DNA of 64,000 nucleotides from Eledone cirrhosa. Taxonomy: Eukaryota. The notes under the pieces are model-generated. The model saw nothing but the letters and a program-made list of their open reading frames with translations. It was not told the DNA's origin and ran no database searches. Position 1 is the stretch's first letter; every line of letters starts with the position of its first letter. Positions 13,601 through 28,600 of this stretch are shown one piece after another. The stretch is taken from NCBI GenBank assembly GCA_964016885.1, contig OZ024741.1, positions 401,636,001 through 401,700,000 of the forward strand, in the 5' to 3' direction. A program made the position numbers and the translations under genes.

Positions 13601-16600
13601 CTTTAAGATATGGTGCAGCTATTCATCTGCTACAATCTAAATGTGTTGAGACGTTTGATGTTATTCTAACTGGTGGAGAGGTTAAAAGATTTAAGGTGAG
13701 TTTCAATTGATTTAATTTGTGATAAAACTATTGTCACAGTAAAGGTTTAATTGAAATAATTCCATTAATTATGACATATTTGGATAAATTTAAATATCAT
13801 TTTGAAACATTTAACATAAACACATGATGTAATGTAAAGTTTGTAGAGGCAGATGATCAAAAATTATGTGATATGTATTTTGGAACCATTGAATTAATAT
13901 ATTTTAACTATTTCATAATTATTAGAAAACATTTTGTTTTGTAAATTATTCTGCATATTATTCTGATATAAGCAACCCTTACCTGACGCTGTCTTTTTGC
14001 TGTTTTTTTGTGTACCTAGAATAATCCTAAAGGTGAAATTGTTAAAATACCATTTGGTACAACATCAGATACAGTAAAAATCTACTTTGTTCCTGTTTCA
14101 CCCAATTGTAGACTGAGAGTTACAGTTTCTTTCATAGGATGTTTTGAATCAGGCAGTAAGTAGGAATTGATTCCATTGATAGTAGTACTTTCCCATAAAT
14201 CCTATATACCTTTACTTCTCTGTAGGCTGCTACTATAAATGTAATAATAATTATTCCTTAATTCAAAAGTGATTTATGATCCAGAATCCTTACATATATC
14301 CGTTATATTTTGCTTGACCTATTCAGTACTCTTTCTTGAAGAGGTAGACAAAATAAATGTCTCTATGTTTTGTTATATTTTATAAGGTGACAAACACCAT
14401 TTGTCTGTAGAATCACATTTATTTTATTTCATATTAATGTTTTAGGAATGACAATGGTTAAAAACTCAACATTTTAATTCTTGGTGTATTTCTGCATTAC
14501 TCAACTTACTTACTATGATGTAAAATCTCTTGTGTCTTTTACAGTTTCTAATGGAAAATTCTAGATAGTCATTTCTATCCTTTCTTTCTATATCTCCTAC
14601 AAGCCATTTTTCTCTTTCCCTTGCTTTCTACCACTTGCTCTGTCTCTCACTCTTTTTCTCTACCCATCTATCTATATGTATATATATATCCTTCCTTTGG
14701 CTAACAATAATATTTTCAAAAGACAAGTTAATTTTTTCTACAATTGTTAAAATAGTTTTGTGTTTCCTTTTTTCTCATGAAACGTTTTACTTCTTATCAT
14801 AATTTCTTTTGTGTATTTTACAGCAACAACCCCAGTAGCAACAACAACAATGTTACCAACAACAACTCCACTCCCAACAAGTATGTAGAAAATAATTATT
14901 ACTTCATAAATATTAAAGTCAATAAAACCAGTTAGTTCTATATGTACCATTAAAATATATAAAATATTTTCTGAAATAATAATTATATATAGAGCTTATA
15001 CCACTATTAGCTGCTAAGGGGTTCTCCCTAAAAATGAAAGGCAGGTTGTACGATGCCTGCATACGAACAACAATGCTGCATGGCAGTGAGACCTGGGCAT
15101 TGTGTGCAGAGGATACACGCAGACTAGAGAGGAACGAAGCTTGCATGCTCCGCTGGATGTGTAACAGTAATATACGTGAACGGCAAAGCATAAACGAACT
15201 AAGGAAAAAATTAGAGATAAGAGGGATCAGATGTTGTTTACTCGAGAGAAGGCTACGTTGGTATGGACACGTGATGCACATGAAAGTCGATAGCTGTATA
15301 ACAAAGTACAGGGCAATAAAGATAGACGGTAGTCACGGAATAGGCAGACCTAGAAAAACCTGGGACGAGCTGATAAACTCCGACATCAAACACTTACACC
15401 TCTCCAAGACAATGTCACTGGACCGAGACCTTTGGCGGTACTCAGTAACAGAGAAGACCCGCCTTACCTAAATATATAGTAAAACCTACTCCAGCCAGTA
15501 GGCATCTCTAACAAAATACACCCCGTCCCACCACCCCCACCCCATCCACACCACCCCGTTCTATGTAAAGTTATGTTGGTGCCGCGCCATCCAGGCCGAA
15601 ACAAATGAGATCGTGTAGGTGTCACGACAAAAAAACACACAGTCCACGCTGTAATGTGGCCGTGTAGGCAACACGGTAAAAACCTCCCAGACCCACACTG
15701 TAAATGTGGTTGGTGTTAGGAAGGGCATCCAACTGTAGAAAACCTGCCAGACAGTCCTATGCGAGCAAGACAATCACTCTTGCCTCAAGTGGGACTACCC
15801 CCGTCCAAACCCATGCAAGCGTGGAACACGGACGTTAAACGTTGATGATGATGATGATGATGATATATATAAGCAATGCACAATATATATTGAATTCAAT
15901 AAATAAAAATTAGTTGTGCAGCATTTTCTTGTATTTTAAAAATTTAACTTTTATATTTGTGAAATAATAAATATAAATTTATAAACTGTTTATGATATAA
16001 TATGTAATTTTCATTTCTTTTATTTTAATTTCAGCCACAACTATTCCAACAACAACACCACAACAGACAACACAAACAGGTAACATATTTCTGATTAAAA
16101 TAATTATCTAACATAGGAATTCATTATAATAATTATGAAAATATTGTTTTTCTGTTGTCTTTTACTTGTATTATTTTGTAGAATCATGGTGCGTAGCTAA
16201 TGATGGTTTGGAAGATGTTTCATTAATAAGATCCTGGGATATTAAATTGTCAAGCAATGAGGAAAATCCAGATGTTATTAGACCTGGAAACAAAGGATGG
16301 AGTCCTGCTATAGATGATAAGAAACTTACAGTAACTATGTTTGTTGGTGACTCTTTAAGATATGGTGCAGCTATTCATCTGCTACAATCTAAATGTGTTG
16401 AGACGTTTGATGTTATTCTAACTGGTGGAGAGGTTAAAAGATTTAAGGTGAGTTTCAATTGATTTAATTTGTGATAAAACTATTGTCACAGTAAAGGTTT
16501 AATTGAAATAATTCCATTAATTATGACATATTTGGATAAATTTAAATATCATTTTGAAACATTTAACATAAACAGATGATGTAATGTAAAGTTTGTAGAG

Positions 16601-19600
16601 GCAGATGATCAAAAATTATGTGATATGTATTTTGGAACCATTGAATTAATATATTTTAACTATTTCATAATTATTAGAAAACATTTTGTTTTGTAAATTA
16701 TTCTGCATATTATTCTGATATAAGCAACCCTTACCTGACGCTGTCTTTTTGCTGTTTTTTTGTGTACCTAGAATAATCCTAAAGGTGAAATTGTTAAAAT
16801 ACCATTTGGTACAACATCAGATACAGTAAAAATCCACTTTGTTCCTGTTTCACCCAACTGTAGACTGAGAGTTACAGTATCTTTCATAGGATGTTTTGAA
16901 TCAGGCAGTAAGTAGGAATTGATTCCATTGATATTAGTACTTTCCCATAAATCCTATATACCTTTACTTCTCTGTAGGCTGCTACTATAAATGTAATAAT
17001 AATTATTCCTTAATTCAAAAGTGATTTATGATCCAGAATCCTTACATATATCCGTTATATTTTGCTTGACCTATTCAGTACTCTTTCTTGAAGAGGTAGA
17101 CAAAATAAATGTCTGTATGTTTTGTTATATTTTATAAGGTGACAAACACCATTTGTCTGTAGAATCACATTTATTTTATTTCATATTAATGTTTTAGGAA
17201 TGACAATGGTTAAAAACTCAACATTTTAATTCTTGGTGTATTTCTGCATTACTCAACTTACTTACTATGATGTAAAATCTCTTGTGTCTTTTACAGTTTC
17301 TAATGGAAAATTCTAGATAGTCATTTCTATCCTTTCTTTCTATATCTCCTACAAGCCATTTTTCTCTTTCCCTGTCTTTTTTGATTTCTACCACTTGCTC
17401 TGTCTCTCACTCTTTTTCTCTACCCATCTATCATCATCATCATCATCATCATCATCGTTTAACGTCCGTGTTCCACGCTTGCATGGGTTTGGACAGGGGT
17501 TTTCCCACTTGAGGCAAGAGTGATTGTCTTGCTCGCATAGGACTGTCTGGCAGGTTTTCTACAGTTGGATGCCCTTCCTAACACCAACCACATTTACAGT
17601 GTGGGTCTGGGAGGTTTTTACCGTGTTGCCTACACGGCCACATTACAGCGTGGACTGTGTATTTTTTTGTCGTGACACCTACACGATCTGATTTGTTTCG
17701 GCCTGGATGGTGTGGCACCAACATAACTTTATCTATATGTATATATATATCCTTCCTTTGGCTAACAATATTATTTTCAAAAGACAAGTTAATTTTTTCT
17801 ACAATTGTTAAAATAGTTTTGTGTTTCCTTTTTTCTCATGAAACGTTTTACTTCTTATCATAATTTCTTTTGTTGTATTTTACAGCGACAACCCCAGTAG
17901 CAACAACAACAATGTTACCAACAACAACTCCACTCCCAACAAGTATGTAGAAAATAATTATTACTTTATAAATATTAAAGTCAATAAAACCAGTTAGTTC
18001 TATATGTACCATTAAAATATATAAAATATTTTCTGAAATAATAATTATATATATATATATAAGCAATGCACAATATATATTGAATTCAATAAATAAAAAA
18101 TAGTTGTGCAGCATTTTCTTGTATTTTTAAAATTTAACTTTTATATTTGTGAAATAATAAATATAAATTTATAAACTTTTATGATATATGTAATTTTCAT
18201 TTCTTTTATTTTAATTTCAGCCACAACTATTCCAACAACAACAACACAACAGACAACACAAACAGGTAACATATTTCTGATTAATATAATTATCTAACGT
18301 ATAGGAAATCATGATAATAATCATGAAAATATTTTTTATTGTCTTTTACTTGTATTATTTTGTAGAATCATGGTGTGTAGCTAATGATGGTTTGGAAGAT
18401 GTTTCATTAATAAGATCCTGGGATATTAAATTGTCAAGCAATGAGGAAAATCCAGATATTATTAGACCTGGAAACAAAGGATGGAGTCCTGCTATAGATG
18501 ATAAAAAACTTACAGTAACTATGTTTGTTGGTGACTCTTTAAGATATGGTGCATCTATTCGTCTGATACGATCTAAATGTGTTGAGAAGTTTGATGTTAT
18601 TCTAACTGGTGAAGAGGTTAAAAGATTTAAGGTGAGTTTCGATGAGATTTAATTTTTATAAACATATATGTTAGAGGAAAGGCTTCATTGAAATAACTCC
18701 ATCATGATATATTTGTATAAATTTAAATAACATTTTAAGACATTTAATATAAACAGATGAGTTACTGTTAACTTTGTAGAAGCAGACGATCAGAAATTAT
18801 GTGATAATGATGTGTTGTGGAACCATTGAATTAATGTATTTTAACTATTTGATAATTCCTAGAAAATATTGTTTTGTGATAAGATATATTTTGGAAGCAC
18901 TGAATTTATATCATCAACAACGTTTTACGTCCCTTTTTCCATGCTCGCATGGTATTTTAATTATTTGTTAATTATTGTAAATTATTCTGCATATTTTTCT
19001 GTAATAACCAAACCCTTACCTAATGCTGTCTTTTTACTGTTTTCTTGTGTACCTAGAATAATCCAAAAAGTGAAATTGTTAAAATACCATTTGGTACAAC
19101 ATCAGATACAGTAAAAATCCACTTTGTTCCTGTTTCACCTAATTGTAGACTGAGAGTTACAGTATCTTTCATAGGATGCTTTGAATCAGGCAGTAAGTAG
19201 GAATTCACTGTATTGATATAAATACTTTGTATTTAAATCACATATATATTTCCAATATTTAGTCATCTCTTGACTGTGAGATGAAAACCAAATATATTTT
19301 TTCCTAAATATGTATATAAAATCTTTTTCCTGTTAAAGCTATTTTTCCTATATTTAATTTGGATGAAGTAATGATGTTGAATATATTTAAAGTCTAGTGC
19401 AAAATACTTCCTTTTTCCTTGGCTTCTTCTAATAGCTATTGCTTCATCTTTAAGTTCATTAACCCTTCTTTGATCAAGCTATAACCACTGCAAATTCTTT
19501 TCACTAATGATCTGTAATTCTTACTTTTATCAGTTATATTTTGGTTGACCTATTCAGTACTCTTTCCTGAGGAGGTAGACAAAATAAATTGCTGTATGTT

Positions 19601-22600
19601 TTGCCATTTTTTATAAGGTGAGAATTATAGCATCTTTCATGGGATGTTTTGAATCAGACTGTAAGTATAAATTGGTATCGATTTTATTGTCATAGCGTGG
19701 CAATAAATTTCATATTTGATACAGCGTTTAGGTATCTGTAGTTTAGTTTGTAATTTTTATCTAGCATTAGAAATGTTTTTGTAATCATCAACTAATCTAT
19801 ACTATAATAAGAGCATTGTTTGTCTGTCCATCACTCTATCTATATAGAGAGAGGGGGGAATAATACCTCACCTCTCACTCACTTCATCTCCCCCTCTCTC
19901 TAACTAACTAAAGTGTAACTAGCAAATGAACGAAAACAATAGTGAGTTTTTGGGGGTTGTTTGTGTGTGAAAGAGAAATAGATAGATAAATAAAGAGAGT
20001 TGTCACCATACTAACTAGTTTTGATTGAAAACACTGGAATTTTTAGTGCAAATCTATCAACACGTGTGGAAAAAAGGTGTGTGTATGTCCCAAGGAAAAG
20101 CTGGACTATAACTAATAATTATGATTTTGGATAATTCTAGATTTGAAAATAATTTTACCATTGTGTCCAGGGGCACAGCCAAAACCTGGCACTGACCTAA
20201 GTGTAGAGTCTGTCACCCTCTCCCTTTCTCCCTTTCATTGCCTAATAATCCTTGCTTTTTCCCTCCTTTTCCTCTCATTTATAGCATTTATAGTTCTTTC
20301 CAATACTACTTTCTTTTTATATATGTTTCACTAAATATTAAATTCTTAATTATTTTTATGTAATTTTATCCTTGAAATATATTTGAGTATTTTGAAATAA
20401 AATTTGACATAATTTTTAAAAAATACTAACTAATAAGAAGCAATTAGACTTAAATATAAATTATCTGAATGTGAAAGGTTGATGTTTGATTATGAAAGAA
20501 AAATATAAAAAATAATAAATTGTTTTTGTGTTTCTTCCAATATACAATTTACATCCTTATATCATAAACTTTGATAACCTGGATAGTTTTTGGCTAGTAT
20601 TGGTCCAGGACATGTCTAACTTAATAGCACCACCTGATATATTCTAAGAAAAGACAAGATGGTGTAAAACAGAACAAAGAAGAGACACAAAGTAACAAAA
20701 GTAGTCACAGAAGAGGTCACAGTATGTGTGATGAAAGAGCTTTGACAATCATCAACTAAACAACCATGGGAAATTGTAATAATGATTTGAAGTGAAACTA
20801 AACTGTGCATGTGTTTTATTGGCAGCATGACTCTTCCAAAGTATCTAATAATATGGTTTGTTGTTTGGGGTTTGAAAAAGCAAAACTACAAATATACAAA
20901 TATCCTGACTTAAGCTAATAATACATTAACAGAAATATAGCAGAAAGTATTACTATATGCCTATCCACATTATAAAGTGGTCATGTAAGTATCATGACAA
21001 AAAGCACCCAGTCCACACTGTAAATCTGGTTGGTGTTCAGAAAGACATCCAGCCATAGAAACCAAGCCAAAACCAGTTCTGTATGAGCAAGACATGGTCA
21101 TCTGACCTGACTTGTCTCACAATGGGACAACCTGTCTAACCCATGCTAGCATGGAAAAATAGACATTAAAGGTGATAATGATGATACAATTTACATTCTT
21201 AAATGATATATTCTAATAATTGTTTCTACTTTAGGCACAAGGCCAGCAAATACCCAGTACATTACTGGTACTTTATTTCTAATAATATACTGTTTGTGGT
21301 TTACAAAAGCAAATCTTTTTATAAATATACAAATATCCTGACTTTAGTTAATAATAGATTCACAGAAATATAGCAGAAAGTATTACTATATGATTATCAT
21401 GCTTTTGAGGTCGACAAAGTACCAATCCAGTACTTGCTATCTTCACACCCCACATTATCTTTTGAGGTTTTGGTCTCCTTTCCTCTCTAGAAGACATTGT
21501 TTGTGTTCAAACCTAGAGAGGGATGATATCCATTGGGCTTAAATACCCAGTAAACACGCCTATCATACAACAGAAGTTATAAGATCAATAAATAAATACT
21601 GTTTAAATAAATACTGGAAGAAGTTTAGGGAGCTGCTTCCTCTGCTGACGAAGAAGGGTTTCTCCCTGCGTACGAAAGGCCGGTTATATGATGCCTGTGT
21701 GAGGAGCGCGATGCTGCATGGTAGTGAGACATGGGCAGCAACTGCAGAGGATATGCAACGGCTGGAGAGAAATGAGGCAAGCATGCTCCGTTGGATGTGC
21801 AGTGTAAATGTGTGTGAACGACCCAGCATGAATGTGTTGAGAGAGAAACTGTGTCTGAGAGGGATAGAATGTAGTGTATGGGAGAGAGGAGACTGAGGTG
21901 GTATGGACATGTGATGCGCATGGAGGATGACCGATGGATAAAGAAGTGTCAGGAAATACCAGTTGAAGGAAGACATGGTAGAGGTAGACCACGAAAAACA
22001 TGGGCGGAGGTGGTGAGAACAGACCTCAGATCGCTGAAGCTCACGGTGGAGATGTCAAAGGACCATGGCAAGTGGAGAGATGCTGTGTTGAATAAGACCC
22101 GTCCCACCTTTGTGAGCAGGGAAGAGCAGACTTAAAATGATGATGATGATGATGTTTGTGTACTTTTGTTGTTTTCATATGCCAGAGTACTTATTGTGAT
22201 TTCTTTTCTTTGGTCTCCATAGCAACAACCCCAATAGCAACAACAACAATGTTACCAACTACAACACCTCTCCCAACAAGTATGTATAATACTCAGTTTA
22301 TATTCAGTAGAAATAGTTGTATATATATATATATATACAACGCGAGAACCAAAAACATGAGGTGTTCAGGATTGCTAGGCAATGTGTCAAGGAAAACAGT
22401 GATATTGTCGGGGAGAAGTGTGTCCTAAATGATGATGGTGTACTTGCCATCACTGACGCTGATAAGAAGGTAGCTTGGAAGTGTCTCTACGAAAGGCTAC
22501 TAAATGAGAATAATTGGGAGAAAGACAGTCTCCCCCACATCGACCCAATAGAGGGACCAGCAGGGCAAGTTGAAGGTAGTATAATAAGTAAGGCGATCAA

Positions 22601-25600
22601 AGACATGAAGGCAGCCAGGCCTTCGGAAATAGTTGCCGAAATGCTGAAAGCATCTGGAACGGTGGGACACACTATGGTCACCCGGATAGTAAACCAAGTC
22701 ATACAGAATGGGGTCGTTCCGAAGGACTGGCACAGCAGCATCATCATTAACTGCTACAAGGGTAAAGGTGATGCCCTAGATCGGGGAAACTATAGAGGCA
22801 TTAAATTAATTGACCAGGTCATGAAGGTCACAGAAAAAGTAATAGCGCAACTAATCAGAGAGCGAATTGATCTAGACGAAATGCAGTTCGGGTTTGTGTC
22901 AGGTAAAAGTACAACAGACGCTCTTTTCATTGTACGACAACTACAGGAGAAGTACCTAGCTAAAAGTAAACCCCTATACTTAGCTTTTGTTGACTTGGAG
23001 AAAGCCTTTGACAGAGTACCCTGCTCGATTATCTGATGGGCCCTTAGAAAACTAGGTGTTGATGAATGGCTTGTGAGAGCTATACAAGCCATGTATAAAG
23101 AAACAGTCAGCAAGGTTAGAATTAACAACGAATATAGTGAAGAGTTTAGCGTAAAAGTTGGTGTTCATCAGGGCTCCGTCCTTAGCCCCCTACTATTTAT
23201 TATTGCCCTTCAGGCTATAACAGAGGAGTTCAAGACCGGCTGCCCATGGGAACTCCTATATGCAGATGATCTAATGCTCATAGCTGAATCAATGACTGAA
23301 CTAGAGAAGAAATTCCAAACTTGGAAGCATGGCCTAGAATCAAAAGGCCTTAAAGTTAACTTGTCTAAGACTAAAGTTCTAGTTTGTAGGAAGGAAAATA
23401 GGGCACCGGTCCCATCTGGGAAATGGCCATGCTCAGTGTGTAGGAAAGGAGTAGGTAGAAACTCCATTTTATGTCCCAAATGCAAAGTATGGGTACATAA
23501 AAGATGTAGTGGGATCACAGGTAAGCTAACTAAGAATATAGATTTTATATGTGGCTGGTGCTCTGGTGCAATAAGTAGTAGCAAGTGCCCACAGAATACT
23601 AACTCATTCCATTGCACAGATGGTTCTATAGAAATAGTGGACAGCTTCCGTTACCTGGGTGATAAAATCAGCAGTGTGGGAGGGTGCTCTGAAAGTACAG
23701 TAGCTAGAGTCAGAACGGGATGGAAAAAGTTCAGAGAGCTTATACCACTATTGGCCGCTAAAGGGTTCTCTCTAAAAATGAAAGGCAGGCTGTATGATGC
23801 CTGCATACGAACAGCAATGTTACATGGCAGTGAGACCTGGGCATTGTGTGCAGAGGATATACGCAGACTGGAGAGAAACGAAGCTTGCATGCTCCGCTGG
23901 ATGTGTAATAGTAATATACGTGAACGGTAAAGCATAAACGAACTAAGGGAGAAATTAGAAATAAGAGGGATCAGATGTTGTTTACTCGAGAGAAGACTAC
24001 GTTGGTATCGTCACGTGATGCGCATGAAAGACGACAGCTGTATAAAATAGTGCAGGGCAATAAAAATAGACGGTAGCCACGGAGTAGGCAGACCCAGAAA
24101 AACCTGGGACGACTTGATAAATTCCAACCTCACACACTTACACCTCTCCAAGACAATGTCACTGGACCGAGATGTTTGGCGCTACACAGTAATAGAGAAG
24201 ACCCGCCTTACCTAAGTGCAAAGTGAAACCTACTACAGTCAGTAGGCACCTCTAACAAAATACACCCCCGTCCCACTACCCCCACCCCATACACACCACC
24301 CCTTTCAATGTAAAGTTATGTTGGTACCACAACATCCAGCCCGAAACAAATGAGGTCGTGTAGGTGTCACGACAAAAAAACACACAGTCCACGCTGTAAT
24401 GTGGCCGTGTAGGTAACACAGTAAAAACCTCCCAGTTCCACACTGTAAATGTGGTTGGTGTTAGGAAGGGCATCCAGCTGTAGAAAACCCGCCAGACAGT
24501 CCTATGCGAGCAAGACAACCACTCTTGCCTCAAGTAGGAAAACTCCCGTCCAAACCCATGCGAGCGTGGAATATGGACGTTAAACGAAGATGATGATATA
24601 TATATATATATAATTTCAAGTTATCAATAATGTGGTGATAATATATCGTCACGTTAAAGATGAACAGCGTACGTGTAGGTTTGCTCAACGAGTATAAATT
24701 ATATTCCGGAGAAAATGTAGAAAAGATGAATATAAAATGAAAGTGCTTTCATAAAGGAATTTATTAGGTATTGACATATGTTTCTGTAACAGACATAATA
24801 CCTATGTATCGCTGCTTGTGTAATCATATAATGTTAGCAAGTATTCGATAGCAAATGTATAATCAGTTGTCACTTCTTCAGAGATATTGGATAAATTGGA
24901 AAAAATCAGAAAAATTGAAGTATTTATATTAGTTGTAAGAAAGGATATATATATATGTATGTAAAAGGTAAACAGAAATAACAACACAATCAGCACAGTA
25001 TATGGAAGGGATATATTAGGTGAACGCTTGATATAGCAGGAGGAGGGTCTTAACGTTTCGGACGCTTGTCCTTCATCAGAAGAAAGAATGAGAAATAAGA
25101 TAGATTGAGTGGAGGGGGGGGGGGGGGGGGATGTCTTTAGGTAAAAATAAAAGATCCATTCATGTTGACATGTCTTGCGAAACTGTTGGTGCTGGCGTTT
25201 TGTGTATGATTTATTTTTTAGAAAAGTGGATGATGGAGCGCATTTACCTGAAATGAAAAAAAAAAACGTTTTGTAAAAATAGCTATACTTGTGCATGTGC
25301 GTAAGCATGTGTATGTGTGTGTGTATTATTATACGTCCGTGCGAAGCTAAGAAGATATGTGTGTGTACATGTGAGTAAAAGAGTGTATATATATGTATAT
25401 ATTATGTAGTGGCACTCCGTTAGTTACAACGAGGAGTATTCCTGTTGATATGATCAATGGAACAGTCTGTTTGTAAAATTAACATGTAAATGACTGAGCA
25501 TTCCACAAACACATGAACCCTTAACCCTTTAGCATTTAAACCAGCCATATCTGGCCAGAATTCTGTCACATCTTTCTGTTCAAACTGGCCCTTCATACTG

Positions 25601-28600
25601 ATGTTAAGGTATTGTTCTCAAAATAAATAACATCAAAATCTCATAGATTTGATACTATGTGAAGTAAAGCCTTTACTGGGAAAATATAATAGTAAATATA
25701 GAGTAATGTAAATGGTAAAGGGTTAACGTAGTTCTCAGGGAGATTCAGCGTGACACAGAATGTGACAAGGCTGGTCCTTTGAATTACAGGTACAACTCAT
25801 TTTTGCCAGCTGAGTGGACTAGAGTAATGGGAAATAAAGTTTCTTGCTGAAGGACACAATGCGCTGCCAGGAATCAAACTCTTGACTTTACGATTGTGAG
25901 CCGAATACCCTAACCATAAAGCCACACACCTTCCCTGTATATATATTCTATTTGATTATTAATTGGGGTGGATTTACAATATCGGTAGAGCATCAGACAA
26001 CATGCTTTCCAGCAAATAGTTACATCTTTTTTACATTCTGAGTCAAACCCTGCCAAGGTTAGCTTTGCCATTCATTCTTTCAGGGCTGTAAAGTACCAGT
26101 AATGTACTGGGGTTGATTTAATTGACTTTCCTCTCCCCAAAATTGTTGGCCTTGTGCCTAAATCAGAAACCATCATCACATCATCACTGTTTAATATCCA
26201 TTTTTCCACACTAGCATGAGTAGTTGAGAAGTTGCCATCAGCTGCTATGAGAAATGAACTCCATATCTCCCTCATACCGGCTAGCTGCTTTAACCATTGA
26301 GCTAAGGGGCCATGACAAACCATATATATCATATTTGATTATAAAAGTTTATAAACAATAATTTATAAAATAATGATTTCTACAATAGGCACAAGGCCAG
26401 CAATTTGAAGGGGAAGGGATAGTTGATTATATCGACCCCAGTGCATTACTGGTACTTTATTTTATCGACCCCCATAAGGATGAAAGGCAAAGCTAGCCTC
26501 AGTAGAATTTGAACTCAGAATGTAAAGGGCCATAACTATATGCAGCAAAGCATGGTGTCTGATACTCTATCAATACTGCCATGTATATTTTATGAAATAA
26601 AGAATACAAATTTAAATCTGCTCTATGGTAGAATATTTAATGTTGTTTTCTTTGATTTTAGCTCCACCTGTTCCAACAACAACACCACAACCAACAACAC
26701 AAACAGGTAATGTTTCTGATCCATAGAAATATTAAACCATGAGAGAAATCTAGAACATTACGCAATAGAATGTGTAGCTCAGAGATCAGAGAGTTCTTCT
26801 TTTTCTTCTTTTTCTCCTCCTCCTCCCTATTCCTGGGAGTGTCATGGGGGAAGAGACCTCAAACACTCCTTCCAAAAGCAACTATCTCCAACTGATCCAG
26901 CTGGATCCCAAAGTGTGACCAGCCAAGATCATGGATGTTATCCAACCATCTTGTACAAGGTCTACCCCTGGGTCTCTTGCCAGTTGGTTTTGCCTGTAAA
27001 ATCTGTCCAACAATTTTTTCCTGAGACATTCTAACCACATTCCCATAATATCAGAGCTGTGAATCTTAATTCAGAGAGGTAGCTCACAGTTTTACTATGA
27101 TTATTGTGATAACAAACTTCTGGAATAATGGTTTCTGATTTAGGTACAAAGCCAATAATTTTGGTGGAGGAGAAAGCCATTTAAACTGACCCCACTGCAT
27201 TACTGCTACTTTATTTTAAGGATGAAAGGCGAAGCTAACATTGGATATGAACTCAGAATGTAAAGGGATGTAACTAAACCCATGAAGCAGGTTGTTCGAT
27301 GCTCTACCAATTACTGCCAATCCACTGCCCTGATAATATTTTCTGATTCAGGCACAAAGTCAACGATTTGGGGATAGGAGAAAGTCCAATATTCGACCCC
27401 AGTACATTACTGGTATTTTATCTTATTGAAGAAATGAAGCTTCCATGCTCTGATGGATGTGTAATACTAATATATGTGAATGGCGAAGTATAAACGAATT
27501 GAGAGAGAGACTAAGCATAAAAGGAATCAAATGCTGTGTGCAGGAGAGGAGATTACATTAGTATTGACATGTGATGCATATGAAGGATGACAGCTGCATA
27601 AAAAGGTGCAGAGCACTCAAAGTCAATGGAAGCCTTGGAGTAGGGAGACCCAAGAAGACCTGGGATGAGGTGATAAAAGTTGACCTTGCCCAATTGCACC
27701 TCTCAAAGGCGATGACACAGGGCCGAGACCTCTAGCATTATGTAGTAATACAGAAGACCAGACTTCCCACAGGTACAGGTCGAAGCTGAAGCATATATAC
27801 AGTATACCCCCACCCCCACTGTAAAGTGGTCGTGTAGGTGTCACAACAAAAAAATCCCCCAGTCGACACTGTAAAGTGGTCGTGTAGGCGCCATGGTATA
27901 AAGGCACCCAGCACTCACTGTAAATGAGGTTGGTGTTAGGAAGGACATCCAGCTGTAGAAATCAAGCAAAAATCAGTTCCCATATGAGCAAGACATGGTC
28001 ACCTGACCTGGCATTACCCATAACAGGACAACTTGTCTGACCCATGCTAGCGTGGAAGAATGGACGTAAAACAGTGATGATGATAAGCTGAAGTTAGCTT
28101 TGACTTTCATCCTTACAGGGTTGATAAAATAAAGTACCAGCAATTCACTGGTTTGACATAATTGACTTTCCTCTATCCCCAACTAGTAGGCCTTGTGCCT
28201 AAACCAGAAACCAGTGAATTGGTAATATCGGTAGAGCATCAGACAAAATGCTTGTGCCTAAGTGAGAAACCATTTTAATGATGAAATAAAGTCCCAGTAA
28301 CATACTGGGGTTGATTTGATAGATTTTCTCCACCTCCCCAAATTGTTGGTTTTGTGTCTAAATCAGAAACCATTAAATACACAATTCATCATCACCGTTT
28401 TACGTCCGTTCTTCCACGCTAGCATGGGTTAGACGGGTTGTCCTGTTGTGGGCAGTGTCTGGTCGCCTGACCATGCCTTGCTCATACAGGAACTGATCTG
28501 GCTTGATTTCTACAGCTGGATGCCCTTCCTAACACCAACCTCATTTACAGTGAGTGCTGGGTGCTTTTTCGTGGCGCCTACACGTCCACTTTACAGTGTG

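Larger units (their letters stand above)
1..18640. repeat. Tandem ~1.87-1.89 kb genomic repeat (exons plus introns), ~7.3 near-identical copies in the window
   Basis: Exon A starts at 56, 1928, 3819, 9511, 11391, 13281, 16035 and 18221. Spacing is ~1.88 kb once TE inserts are removed, and the introns are almost identical. Confidence 0.95.
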
